DNA of 45,941 nucleotides from Polymyxa betae A26-41 (Eukaryota; Protista; Endomyxa: Phytomyxea): NCBI GenBank assembly GCA_003693705.1, contig RBZT01000476.1, positions 1 to 45,941 of the forward strand, read 5' to 3'. Shown piece by piece: positions 35,235 to 45,941 of this stretch (position 1 is its first letter; each line of letters starts with the position of its first letter). The notes under the pieces were generated by a model. It saw only the letters and a program-made list of their open reading frames with translations, ran no database searches and was not told where the DNA came from. The position numbers and the translations under genes were made by a program.

Positions 35235-38200
35235 TCAGGCAGACGTCGAATCCGTGAACGATTTCGAGACCTGGCCAGGCAGAGCCATCACGGCCTCGTC
35301 GTCGGCAACAGCAGCAGAATGCCGTATCAAGCGATGCTGGTTGTCTGGTGTCTGCGGTGACGACCCGGGCTTCATACTGTGCCGTAAACTCGGCGTCGTG
35401 ATAGTGGCGTGACTACGGCGCTGCACCTCCTCCATCGTGGCCTTGATCACATCGGAGACGTGTCTTGATCGCTGCTCGTCACCTTCAGACCCGCGAACAT
35501 GATGATATGTAGCGTGTACAATCCTGTGGACCATCAATCAATCCATCTTGAACGGTTAGAAAAGCAAATTTGCAAAAAAAAAACGGACATTCTGTAACCC
35601 AACCGTAAAATGCAGAAAATGCCAAAAGAGCAAACACAAAATTAGTGAAGACGGATACACATAGTAATTTCCACATGTCGATTAAACTAAAAGGAAAAAG
35701 CATCTGATTACGGAAATTGCAAACCATGAATAATCCAAGAAAAAACTTCTAAAAATTCAAAAAAAGAGCTGTTCCACTTCAACCAGACATAAAGAAATGC
35801 GAAAACGGATTCTCTTACGCCAAGAACATGTGTAGCAGGATGAGAGAAGCGCAGACAACAAAGACCACGTAGAGGATTGGGCCGAGAAGCCAGTTCTGGG
35901 TCTGAATGGGGGTCATATCATAACCATGTAACATCGCCTCGAATAGCGTGAGCAGCGAATGCGACATGCTGCGGAACGCGTCGATCTCGACATGGAACGC
36001 CATGAAGAACGCCTGGCCGAATCCCAGTACGACCAACGTGAAGATGAAGGTGAACGCGAAGACGCGCGACCGCGACGCCACGAACACCTGCTCCAGGGTG
36101 CGTAATTCCGGTGAAACTAGCAGCAGATATTTCAACATCTAAACGCCAACATCAATATCCGAAGTAGCAAAAAGATTAGAACAAAGGAATCGACTATAAG
36201 ACTGCATAAAAACCTTCGAGAAAAATGAAAAAAGGATTGCGAAAGGAGATTGAAATCAAGCGAACGGCAAAAAACCGAAGCACAAAAGGTTTGATAGATG
36301 AAAAGTCAAAAAGGGAAAAATTCAAAAAAAAACATGTAAGTAAACTAAACTTCTCAAAACTCAAAAGAGCAAAGGAAAAGCGAGAAAACATCAAAGCAAG
36401 ACAAAAAAACGACAACGACAATCGAATTCCGAACCTTGATCCATGAGAACAGGGACACTACGGCGACGAAACTCTGGAGCTGATGGGCCGTATACGCAAA
36501 CGATTGCCAGTCGACATACGTCTGAGTTCCAGTGCGCTGCAGCAGCTCCGGGACGACGACGGCGAACAGCACCCGATAGCCGACAAGGACGGCGATCCCG
36601 GTCAGATTCAGAACATCCAGAAGCAGCCAGAAATCGCGAAAGATGCCCAGCACTCCAGAGGCCCACCACGTCTTCAGCGTCCGCAGCAGAAGAGCCAGGG
36701 CCAGCACGACGACGGCCACCTCGAACGCCGCCAGGATGTAGTCGCCGACGGAGGAATACTGTGTGATGTCAACCTATGCATCAAGGATCAGTAAGCGCCG
36801 GCAGCGAAATTAGCGAAACACGAATAACTTGATCGCTGAACAAACTGTAAAAATTGCAAAGAATGTTTCCCAAAAACTGCAGTCAAAAGTGTCAATCGTG
36901 AATAGGCGGAAACATAAAACACGCGAGCACATAGACATTGAGAATCTCGAAAGACATGGACAAAGGTGCAAAAACACGAACTGGGCAGATGACAGCGCAG
37001 TCGGAAAGTGCCAGAGCATAAAAGGTGCGTTGAAAAGAGCGGAAAGTGCCAGAACATAAAAGCTCGTAGAAAAGAGCGAAAAGTGCCAGAACATAGAAGG
37101 TGCGTTGAAAAGNNNNNNNNNNNNNNNNNNNNNNNNNNNNNNNNNNNNNNNNNNNNNNNNNNNNNNNNNNNNNNNNNNNNGAGCGAAAAGTGCTATAACA
37201 AAAAATGCGTGGAAACGAGACAAAATAACGGAAAATTGTGCCAAAACCAGCAGATATGGATTTACCACGAAGAAACTGGAGTGAGCCTGAACACCGCCGT
37301 AAGCAGGCGTCTCAAACATGAGGCGGACGGAACAAATCAGGTCGATCTGCGGATTGAACAGCGTGAATTCGAGAAGGACCGAGACGGTGCCGATGTCGAT
37401 CCAGGTCTGGTTGCGGAGCTGCTGAAGGCGGGCCTGTACGGCATCGGGCGTCGGCGTCAGCAGTTCGGTGAATTCGGCGCCGATATGTTTGTGTGGCGAC
37501 AATAACCAGCGATTCAAGTCGGTGTCGGAATCGGGGTCAGAATGGAACACGCCGTCGGGACCGAAGGGGTCCGGGTCCGGCCGCAGCGGCATGAGCTGGG
37601 ATGGGACGCAGTCGTCGTCGTCGGCCGAGCAGGCGATGGCATCAACTCGCTCCTGGTGAAGGTCTGCGACGACATTGAAAAGGTGCGTAAACTACGAACG
37701 CACATTATGCATAAACAGTCAAATGTTTTGAACGGTGAAGCAGGTAAATGTGCGTGATAGCAATTCTAAAAGGAATAAGCTGGCTGATAAGAGTGATAGC
37801 AATTGAAAAACTACCATAAGATCAGAAACAGCTCAAGGTTTGGTAAAAGTACCAGTTGAATTATCAATGAGAAGGTGAGTTCAACTATCGAGAACAAAAT
37901 GAGTTACAAAGAAGAAAAACTTGCAAAAAAAAGAGAAATATTTTCTCTGGCTAGACTGGTAAAAGAGTTAGAAGAAAAGCAACAAAGTGTTAACAAAGTC
38001 AGTAATAACGTTAAGAGTGTGGTATAAAAGACAGTCCAGTCAGAAAGTCAGTAAATCGAAATAAAGGGTCTTACTGATGGCGCCCAGGATGGTGCTGCCG
38101 CCGATGGGTCCCAGATCGCTATAATTGGACCGGTTCGGGCGCAAGGCGGCTACGAATGTGGTTTCCAGGTAGCGCCAGAGCATATCCAGAGTCTGGACCG

Positions 38201-39322
38201 AGCTGAAGGCGGGCAGCAGGGTCCCATCCGCCTCGAACCTATTATTTTCGGGCGCGAATCGGCAGTTAAGATAATTGCTCCAGCCGTAAGGAACGCCTTC
38301 GGTCGTACGGCCAAGCGTCGCCACCTAAAACAATATGAATTAAAGTACGTAACTCCAGAGTCCATAACATTTGAAATTACAAGTAATGTTGAATAAAAGT
38401 ACTGGACAAGAATAAACAATATTGGCGAGAAAAATGTCTAACGGGATTGCAAGAGAGAACCGAGAGCGAAGTAAGTAATCATAGTTGGGTAGGCCAAGCC
38501 AGAGAATGAAGAAGAAATGGCCACAAAGGCAAAAAAAATTGCACGACTGCAATGAAGAGAAGAAAGCAGATTGTCGCAAAAAAACAAAAAAAATTGGTGA
38601 CAAAAAATCAAAAGCGGAATTGTTAAGCAAAAAAGTTGGGCGATAGAAGACAATCCATTGAGTAGAAAAATGTCCAAAAATTGCGTAATCATTACAGTGT
38701 AGACGACCAAGAAGAGCAGATAGAGACGGAATCCAGAGATGAATTCGGCCTGCCTGTAGGGTTCGATGCCGAGCCGGGTCAGGGCGCGTTCCAGCATGCT
38801 GCTCGAGCGTCGCGCCGTCGACCGCGCTTCGGACGACCCCGCCGGCGCCGGCTTCTTCGTTGACCCTGGCTGCGGTTCCGAGCTGGCATCGGTCGTTTGG
38901 CTGCCGAAATCTATTGGCGCCACTGTCTCATCTAAACCTTTGCATAAGCTTTGCTGGTTTTGCATAAACACGTTCGTAAACAAGCTTTGTTGATATTTGG
39001 AAAAGGTTTTGTAAAGTTGTCAAAACTTTCCGAAAAGGATTTGCTAATCGTCCACAATAATTCCGGAAATTTGAAGATTTTCACAATTCTGACATTTCAG
39101 AGTGCGAAGGTCGGTCGTCAGCAGCTCCATGTTAAGACGTGGCAAATTGGGTGCTGGGCGCGACTTCACAGCGGCGTCGTCGTCATCATCGGCGTCTGTA
39201 GTCGTGAACGACTCGTCGTCCAACTGGTCGTCGTCGTCCTCCTCGTCTTCGGTTGACAGCGTCTCGGCGTTGTTGACGACGACATCGTCGAAGCCGTTCT
39301 TGGCTTCCTCTTTCGATTCCAT
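35235..39322 (-). CDS. Multi-exon polycystin-2 (PKD2/TRPP)-like cation channel
   Basis: Acidic N-terminus; TM1 LYLLFLVVYT; TOP-domain motif LQQLRNQTWIDIGTVSVLLEFTLFNPQIDLICSVRLMFETPAYGG; FWLLLDVLN; pore and S6 region FRSMSHSLLTLFEAMLHGYD...LGPILYVVFVVCASLILLHMFLA. Introns are T-rich GT-AG; exact ends are approximate. Confidence 0.87.
37000..37195. repeat. Intronic minisatellite-like repeat around a 68-N assembly gap (37113-37180)
   Basis: Recurring aaagtgccagaacata / aggtgcgttgaaaag units flank the Ns. Confidence 0.7.
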
Positions 39323-39529
39323 CACGATGCCATGTCAGGCGATCCAGCACGACCGGCGCTCGTCACAGGCCCGTGCTAACTCGACGCCCGATCGTTTTAT
39401 TTTATGTATGATTTGTAAGCAATTTCTGGTGCCCTTAATATAGAGATGATTACTTCAATCTGAGATAAGTTGCTGCGGCGCTCGCCTTTGTCTCACCGTC
39501 TATGCGGCATCTGGTCTGTCCATATGGAA

Positions 39530-39790
39530 TTACAAATTTGTTGATATCAGCTGGCCATTCTTGTGCTTTTCAAGGGCGTCTTTTGCTTTCGTGAAATTTG
39601 CATTTCTCAAACATTTCGAGTATATCTGTTTGTATGATTTCGATTTTCTGCGGGTGGATTCTGGTGAATTATTTGTTCGCGCTTTGTTCCAGGGCCAGTC
39701 TGACATACCCGATTGGAGTCGATCCATCAGCCTCGCATCCATCTCGTATAGTCTTGTCCTATCACGGTTCCCTGGGCTTCAGTTTGTTAA
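39530..39790 (-). pseudogene. Possible MULE transposase relic
   Basis: W...WNKARTNNSPES resembles the MULE TNNxxES catalytic-Glu motif; very degenerate. Confidence 0.4.
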
Positions 39791-42700
39791 CGCTGTTAGC
39801 GTGGAATCCGTAATCATTTTATCACGACATATAGGATATTGTGATATTGTGCATAGTAGAGGTTTGGGGGGGGGGGTGTTTTGAATGGAGGCGTCCAGTG
39901 TATGCCTTCATGTATTCATTGTATTCTTGTTGAAGGGGTCGAATAGTGATCTTTTTGACTGATGTCTCGCTGCCTATTCATGGCAGGTAATAATTAAAGA
40001 CGCCTCCAATGAAGCCATGACAGGCCTGGCAGAATTTTTTCTGGGCATTCGGAATCTGCGAATCCTTTTACTAAGTTTACATCGCTGCATGTTTTTACTG
40101 TTTATTGCCTCTGAGCTCCGCTCCCAGATATCTTATAGACTTTGTCTGGTATATATTCTCATTTCATCAAACTCTATGTAATCCTTATGAAGTATTCATC
40201 AAACAGTACGTGAATTCTATCTGCGTTGATGTTCATTTTAGATTCGCACACAAAAATGACCACTGTCTTCAATTAGTACTTCAATCTAATTTCGACATCG
40301 TCTTTGTCGTATCCTGTTACCCATCCAATTATATCATCAACTTAAGTGTTGGCTAACGTCGGGACCAGAGAGATGTCATAAACGAAGATTAACCACAAGA
40401 CCAAACTCAAGCTCGACCCCTGCGTTCCTTCTATTGTTCGCCTGTTTATGTTCTTGCTCTTGGGAAAGATCTTTGTTATAGCCTTCTCTCATCTTCCCAT
40501 TGTTACATTACATCAATAAATTTTCATAAATCGTTTGGCACATATTGCTCCCTAAATTTGGCTTCGATGGTGGTGGCTCCGCTGGAGCCATGCCCGTAGC
40601 TGCTGCTTGGCAATCATCCGAAACATGATGTGAAACCTGCTCAGGCACCGATTCGGCTGCTTCGTTGTCAGCAACACCAAGTCTTGGGACGACGATTTTC
40701 AAGCCAGACCACACATTGACAATGGAGAAAAGTTCCTGTAGAGTTGATCACGTTACCTCTAGGAGGCTGCGTCCTCTTCCTCATTACATTGCTTTCATTT
40801 GTGGAATTTACTATGGAATCTGAGCTGCTTATAATAAGCAAACCAACTTTTTTCTATTTCCAGCTCCAATTGAATCTTGGTGATGCAGGGAACAGGGACA
40901 TTTGTTCGTACCAACTTCATGGAACATGAATTGAAAACTGTCCGTAATCCGTCGCGCTTTCGCATTTTCGACACAGAATTTTGAGCGCAAGGAGTATTAA
41001 GCTTCATCCCTTGAAATCAAATCATTCTGCCTTATCCCAAGAAATCAATTCATTCTGCAAATCATCACTTGATCACAGCATCAAGTTTAAAAGGTTAACA
41101 GCTGAATCCTGCGCTTACATATTCTTCTCCTTGATCCCATTTACGACGATCATTTGTCCCGGAGATTACATTTGTGTCACAGCCATCTCACAACTGTTGA
41201 CTTACAGCTACATTACCTTGCGTGGTATTAGATTACACTTCAACATTTCGTTACAATCTAACATTACGTTACAGGTCAACGTTGGGTTACACGGCACAAA
41301 CACATACACACAAACATACCACGTCTACCACTATGAAAAAAATACTATCAACCATTGAAATACGATTGGGTGACGACCAAGATTTGCTCTATGGCAGAAC
41401 AAGGTCAAGATGTTGATGGCTGAAGGCGACCTCGACGCGGCGGTGCCTCATTGCTGAGGCAGAGCTTTTGCTGTCTACTGACAGAAAGAGATTGTGGCCC
41501 TGGGATTAGATCGAATCGAACAGATTTGCCAAAGGCACGCCGTGATGATCGAAATTTCATAAAATTAGGTCATTCCTTTTAGCGGGATTGCTAATTTGGG
41601 GATCGATCTGCTGTACCGAGGATTTGGCCATGACTCGCAGAAGTCGCCGTATGAGACTGCTACAGTTACCTGGACAGCGGCACAGGAGAGACATGAGAAA
41701 GGCTCTTGTGCATCGAACGTTTTGAACAGATTATGATGGAATTTCGTGTAAATAAGTTCAAGTTCAAGTATTATGTTACCTGTGTTCATAACCTCAAAGC
41801 TCGAATGCCTAATCCAGAAACAATTCCCAGAAGAGTGGATACCATGCAGCGGCACGGACAGGTTCTGGTCTCGCTGGAGCAGTAATGGAACGCCATTCCG
41901 GAGCACCAGTGGGAGGTTACACGCTAAAACCTACGGCAGTCCAACCGCCATGATGCGCTTCCTGGCTTTGTACAACATGCTAACGACAAGCGGAATCGAA
42001 GTCATGATACACGTAAACTTTCCGAATCTGGAATATGCCCATATACTGTGATCCTTTTGAACCAGAGCCAGACCCCGTTGCACAGGCTGTTGAGGCTGTT
42101 CAAGAACGATATCAACAGCGCAATCCCGAACGTTCGCCATTGCAAGATGGGCGGGTCTATGCTCGTGAGCTGCCGTTGATGCGCAGATTTATTGTGTTCC
42201 GAAAGAACAGAACAGAGGAGGGTCCGCTGCGAAAGAGGGCGTTCAGGTAGTGGATCCGAAAAAAGGCTACAGCGTTAAAGGCTACTGGACGAACAAGGAG
42301 GCCGCATTCAACAATCTCGAGGTTGACTAAATTCTGAACTTTCCTGGCAGCGGGTTGCTGTCAAAAGAGAGGTCCTTGGACTGGAAGTACTAGGGGAACC
42401 CGTTGAGTGTGATATGGCATTTTTCTAATTCTTTTGTGAATAAAATCCTAACTTTTGTCATTGATGTGCGAAGTTGATATCGTGACCGCTGCTCAAGACC
42501 AACAAGCTCAGATTCAAGATTCTGAAGTCGATGCTCTGCAGGATCTGTCCAGCCAAAGGCTTCTACATTCCACGTTTTAACAGAGTTGAAAGCGTTGGAA
42601 ACTGAAGCGTCAGCTTTCGTTCCAGGCGCCGATTACGGTAATGCACTAAGTATGATTCAGGAACTAAGAAAGGTTTTTATAGGAAATAACAGAGAGGTTT

Positions 42701-43789
42701 CTACACCAGAGACCTCTAGGTTCTCCAACATCCAGCAGAACAAAATATCGCCGAACCAGCACGTCAAGAGGCAGCTGACTTTTTCATCGACGCGGACAGC
42801 CAAGAGGAGACGACTGGATCAGCGTCGTAAGCCAGATTTTGAGGATTTCTCAATTCTCTCTCAGGAACTAAGTATGGTATCCAGTAAAACACTTTTCAAA
42901 ATACTAATTTGGTTTGCAGGATCGGTTGCCCCTGTTGTCGTTGATGTTGGATCCGCTGTTATTGCAGTGGAAACCATTAAATGATTTTATGAACTAAAAT
43001 AAATTATTTATGAAGATAATTAATCATTATCAGATGCGTTTGTGTTCATTTAATTCAGAATTTCGATAAAAAAATTGCTGGAATACTGTAGCGACGATTT
43101 GTGCTGATTATATAAAACTGTTTCTTAATTTTTAAAATCGAAATAAAACGCCTTTTCTGTCATTCGTAACCACAAAGGACAGGACTTTAGATATTTTGAA
43201 CAGCAGCAAAATCAGTTGCAGGCAAGTTACAGGCTCGCGTTTGAGATATCCTGCAACGTTGCTTTCGCCGTTATTATTCTATCTGTTTGCTTATGGACAG
43301 ATCACGTTGGAGATCGTACTTTCGACCAAGGCCAGGCGCTCCCAAGCCTAACATGGATTACAACTTAAATGGTTTAGGTAGCTTAAATCACGATGAAGGA
43401 TCGATGCATATAGTAAGACCCGCTGTTTTCACCATGGGTTGGAGATTCGAACTTTCGAAGGCACCAGAAACTGTGACTGGAAACTCGACTTCCAGTCACA
43501 GTTTCTGGTGCAGCCCGCTGCCGGGGAAGTTCAGGATTTAGATTCACCCAACAATCTCTGGGTGCGTGCTGGCACAGACTGGCGGGTGGCCTTCAGATTG
43601 ACGGGAGTTCCGGATCCTCGTGTGCAAGTTGTTGTGAGAGCAAATTAAAACTCCTATAAAAATTACAATCGTAAAGTTAGAAATTATGGAATATGTAGAG
43701 AACAACGAACAAAGATAAATGATTGTATAAAAATAATTAAGTAGGATGGTGCCGTTTGTTGACGGCAACTCATCGGATCGCCGAAACAC

Positions 43790-44780
43790 GCGCCTTTTCC
43801 AAAGCCTCTGAATTTCGAGATCTTGTTGAATTGTCCATAAACCAAGGTGCTGGAATCATTCTGCTCTGTGCAAACAGAAATAATGTATATTTCCGACTCA
43901 TCGGCGCAAAGCTCAGCTTGTTTTTCGGGAAAATAGTTCCATTCCGAACTCGGACGGACCCTAATTCGAACATTGAGTTTATGGATACCGGTATGACTTT
44001 TCTGTAGGCATTTTTCAAGCAAAGGCTCGGGAATGTTGCGATTTTGGTCCGAGAACGAGTTCCTAAAAGCGAACATTTTACCAGAAGGCAAGGTTTAGCC
44101 CATTTCGTAATAAAATCTTTTCTAGATTCTGAAAAAATACAGCGCTTCGCATACGTATCTGTTTGATGAACTCTTTGTACAACCGAGAGTCATGAAATGC
44201 TGACTTTTCGCTTAATTCACCGTTGGAAAATCCATTTGAAATGCCATCAATTTGCAGCGAAGGGTTTCATGGCTCTGGCAAATTTGGCTAGCGCTCCGAT
44301 CGGGGTTCGGGTACAACCCGAAAATAATAGACCTTTCCGTAAATTGCCTTGAGATCTGTGCCGCTGCCCTGAGTTCAGTGCAAACTCTGTTTGATTCTGA
44401 CAGCGGCCTCTCTATGAGGCAACCAGTCATACAAACTCGGTGTGAAACCGGGAAGACTATCGAAACTCGGTGTCTTCCCAGTTTCACACCGAGTTTAATG
44501 GATGCCACTATGGATACCGAAATGAACTTTTCTATAAGTGATAAATCCGCTGCTGTTTCTGAAATTAACGATAGGAAGAGGCCACAGCAGGTGGAGACTG
44601 CCCATTTGGCTGCTTTAGTTTGCTTTTATCATTTGGTCGACAGATTGCTGAAATAGATCCTGGCCATCATCGTCCAGAGCAACAAGCAAGGCAGTAGCGG
44701 ATTGGTACATAAACGTATCGGATTCGAAAAGGGAATCGTCAGAGTCATACCAGAACTCAGACTCATCATCACAATCAGAC
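43790..44780 (-). pseudogene. Harbinger/HARBI1-like (DDE_Tnp_4) nuclease relic
   Basis: Acidic N-terminus (MSDCDDESEFWYDSDD) and, across frames, IIFGLYP, LPSGKMFAF, GSVRV..EWNYF and TLVYGQFNKISKF, in the expected order. Confidence 0.45.
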
Positions 44781-44989
44781 ATATTTTGAAAATCTTTTGG
44801 GCAGAGCGAGTTTATAATATATGTATAACGGAAAGCAACCTCGAAACAGACTTTGGAATCTATAACTGGCAGCCAAACCTTAAAACTCTGTGTTAATTTA
44901 AGGATTTTTCTAATAAACGACTTCAGAAGTCCGTACGGACTGTGGATCTCCCGTATTGTCATTCCCAGTTTTCCATGCATCAAACTCTA

Positions 44990-45298
44990 ATTTTGAGCAT
45001 ATTTTCCCATTGTGCCGCAGAAAACGATATCAAGAATGAGGATAACAAATATCTTGGCTTACGATGTGAAGATCCAGCAGTCGATCATCTTGATTACTGG
45101 AAACCTCACGAAAGACAGTTTCCAAATATTCGTGATGTCGTCAGAGACATTCTTTCTATACAGGGGTCTTCCGTATGTGTAGAGCGTATTTTCAACACCT
45201 GTCGGGATGTAATTGCACTTCAACGTCACTCTCTGGCCCCGGAGACTTTGAATGCGTTGATGTTTGAAGAAAAAATAGTCCAGCTCAAATTTCTTTAA
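44990..45298 (+). pseudogene. hAT transposase C-terminal dimerisation domain fragment
   Basis: KYL...DHLDYWKPHERQFPNIRDVVRDILSIQGSSVCVERIFNTCRDVIALQRHSLAPETLNALMF is a canonical Dimer_Tnp_hAT pattern. Confidence 0.88.
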
Positions 45299-45941
45299 TA
45301 TGCTGCGGAGGGTGTCATGGTGATGGCAAATTTCGCTCTCATTCATGGGTCAAACGAGATGACCTTCGAACACGGCGTGCATCTTAGAACAGACCATGCT
45401 TGGAATTATCTGATTCTATTTCCGTTTTCGACACTTTGAAAAATAATCATCAAAATGCTTTCGTTACAGAACTACGGAACAAGGCGCGACAATTGTTCAT
45501 GCCTAAACCGTCTTGCTCTTACTGAGATTCTAGATTCTCGTTGGTCCCCAGCGGCGCTACCATGATCAGACATGTTGAAAACAGTCGAAGAGAAACAAGA
45601 CACCTGCTGGCGATTACTGTTGAGAGCTATAGCCCGAAACCCCCGAACCGGCGCCATGTGGGGAGTTGCCCGAGCTCTGCCTCGTTGTCTCGTCACCGTC
45701 CACCATATCTCAAGCCTACAATCGATAGACACGATATAACAACAAACAATAGAACTGTATTTTTTGTATATGGCTTGTTACCGCATTACAACAGGAGAAG
45801 TGAACTCTCCTAGCCTTCACAGTTATAAGAACTGCGGATGAGAAAACGGACACCGTCCTCGCCATCCACGGACAACGGTATCTCAGTGGCGTCACAGGCA
45901 GGGGTGAGCCATGAGTCGGCCTCCATCCGAGTCGCCTTTTC

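Noticed and set aside
36225-36766. Lys-rich and Arg-rich plus-strand ORFs
   Set aside because: Antisense shadows of T-rich introns and GC-rich exons of the PKD2-like gene.
41565-43650. Several short ORFs (e.g. 42035-42250, 42586-42984, 43287-43541)
   Set aside because: No recognisable motif or consistent exon chain; probably decayed repeats.
45472-45941. Possible LTR/PBS/gag start on the minus strand at the window edge
   Set aside because: No clear TG...CA boundary, PBS or gag motif is visible within the window.

Overview
Eukaryotic, TE-rich accessory region with short (45-60 nt) GT-AG introns. The style resembles a protist or fungus-like parasite such as a phytomyxid, but that is inference only. 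Main result: splicing the minus strand shows a tyrosine-recombinase (Crypton-like) gene with an intact R-K-HxxR-H-Y catalytic set. It carries a four-exon N-terminal 'header' made of a predicted signal peptide, an acidic S/T linker and an RKRPR NLS. The same header is found on three paralogous genes in the window (16816-19085, 19714-21826, 29828-31883), where it is fused to tandem Cys/His-rich domains instead of the recombinase. This looks like a modular family of secreted, nucleus-targeted proteins, one member of which is a DNA recombinase. Other features: a GRAB-domain golgin gene and a polycystin-2-like channel gene; a full-length Ty1/copia element (LTRs, TSD, PBS, PPT) with its RT/RNaseH half inverted and a nested solo LTR; a TIR element just upstream of the recombinase ATG; and relics of Ty3/gypsy, LINE, hAT, Harbinger and MULE elements.
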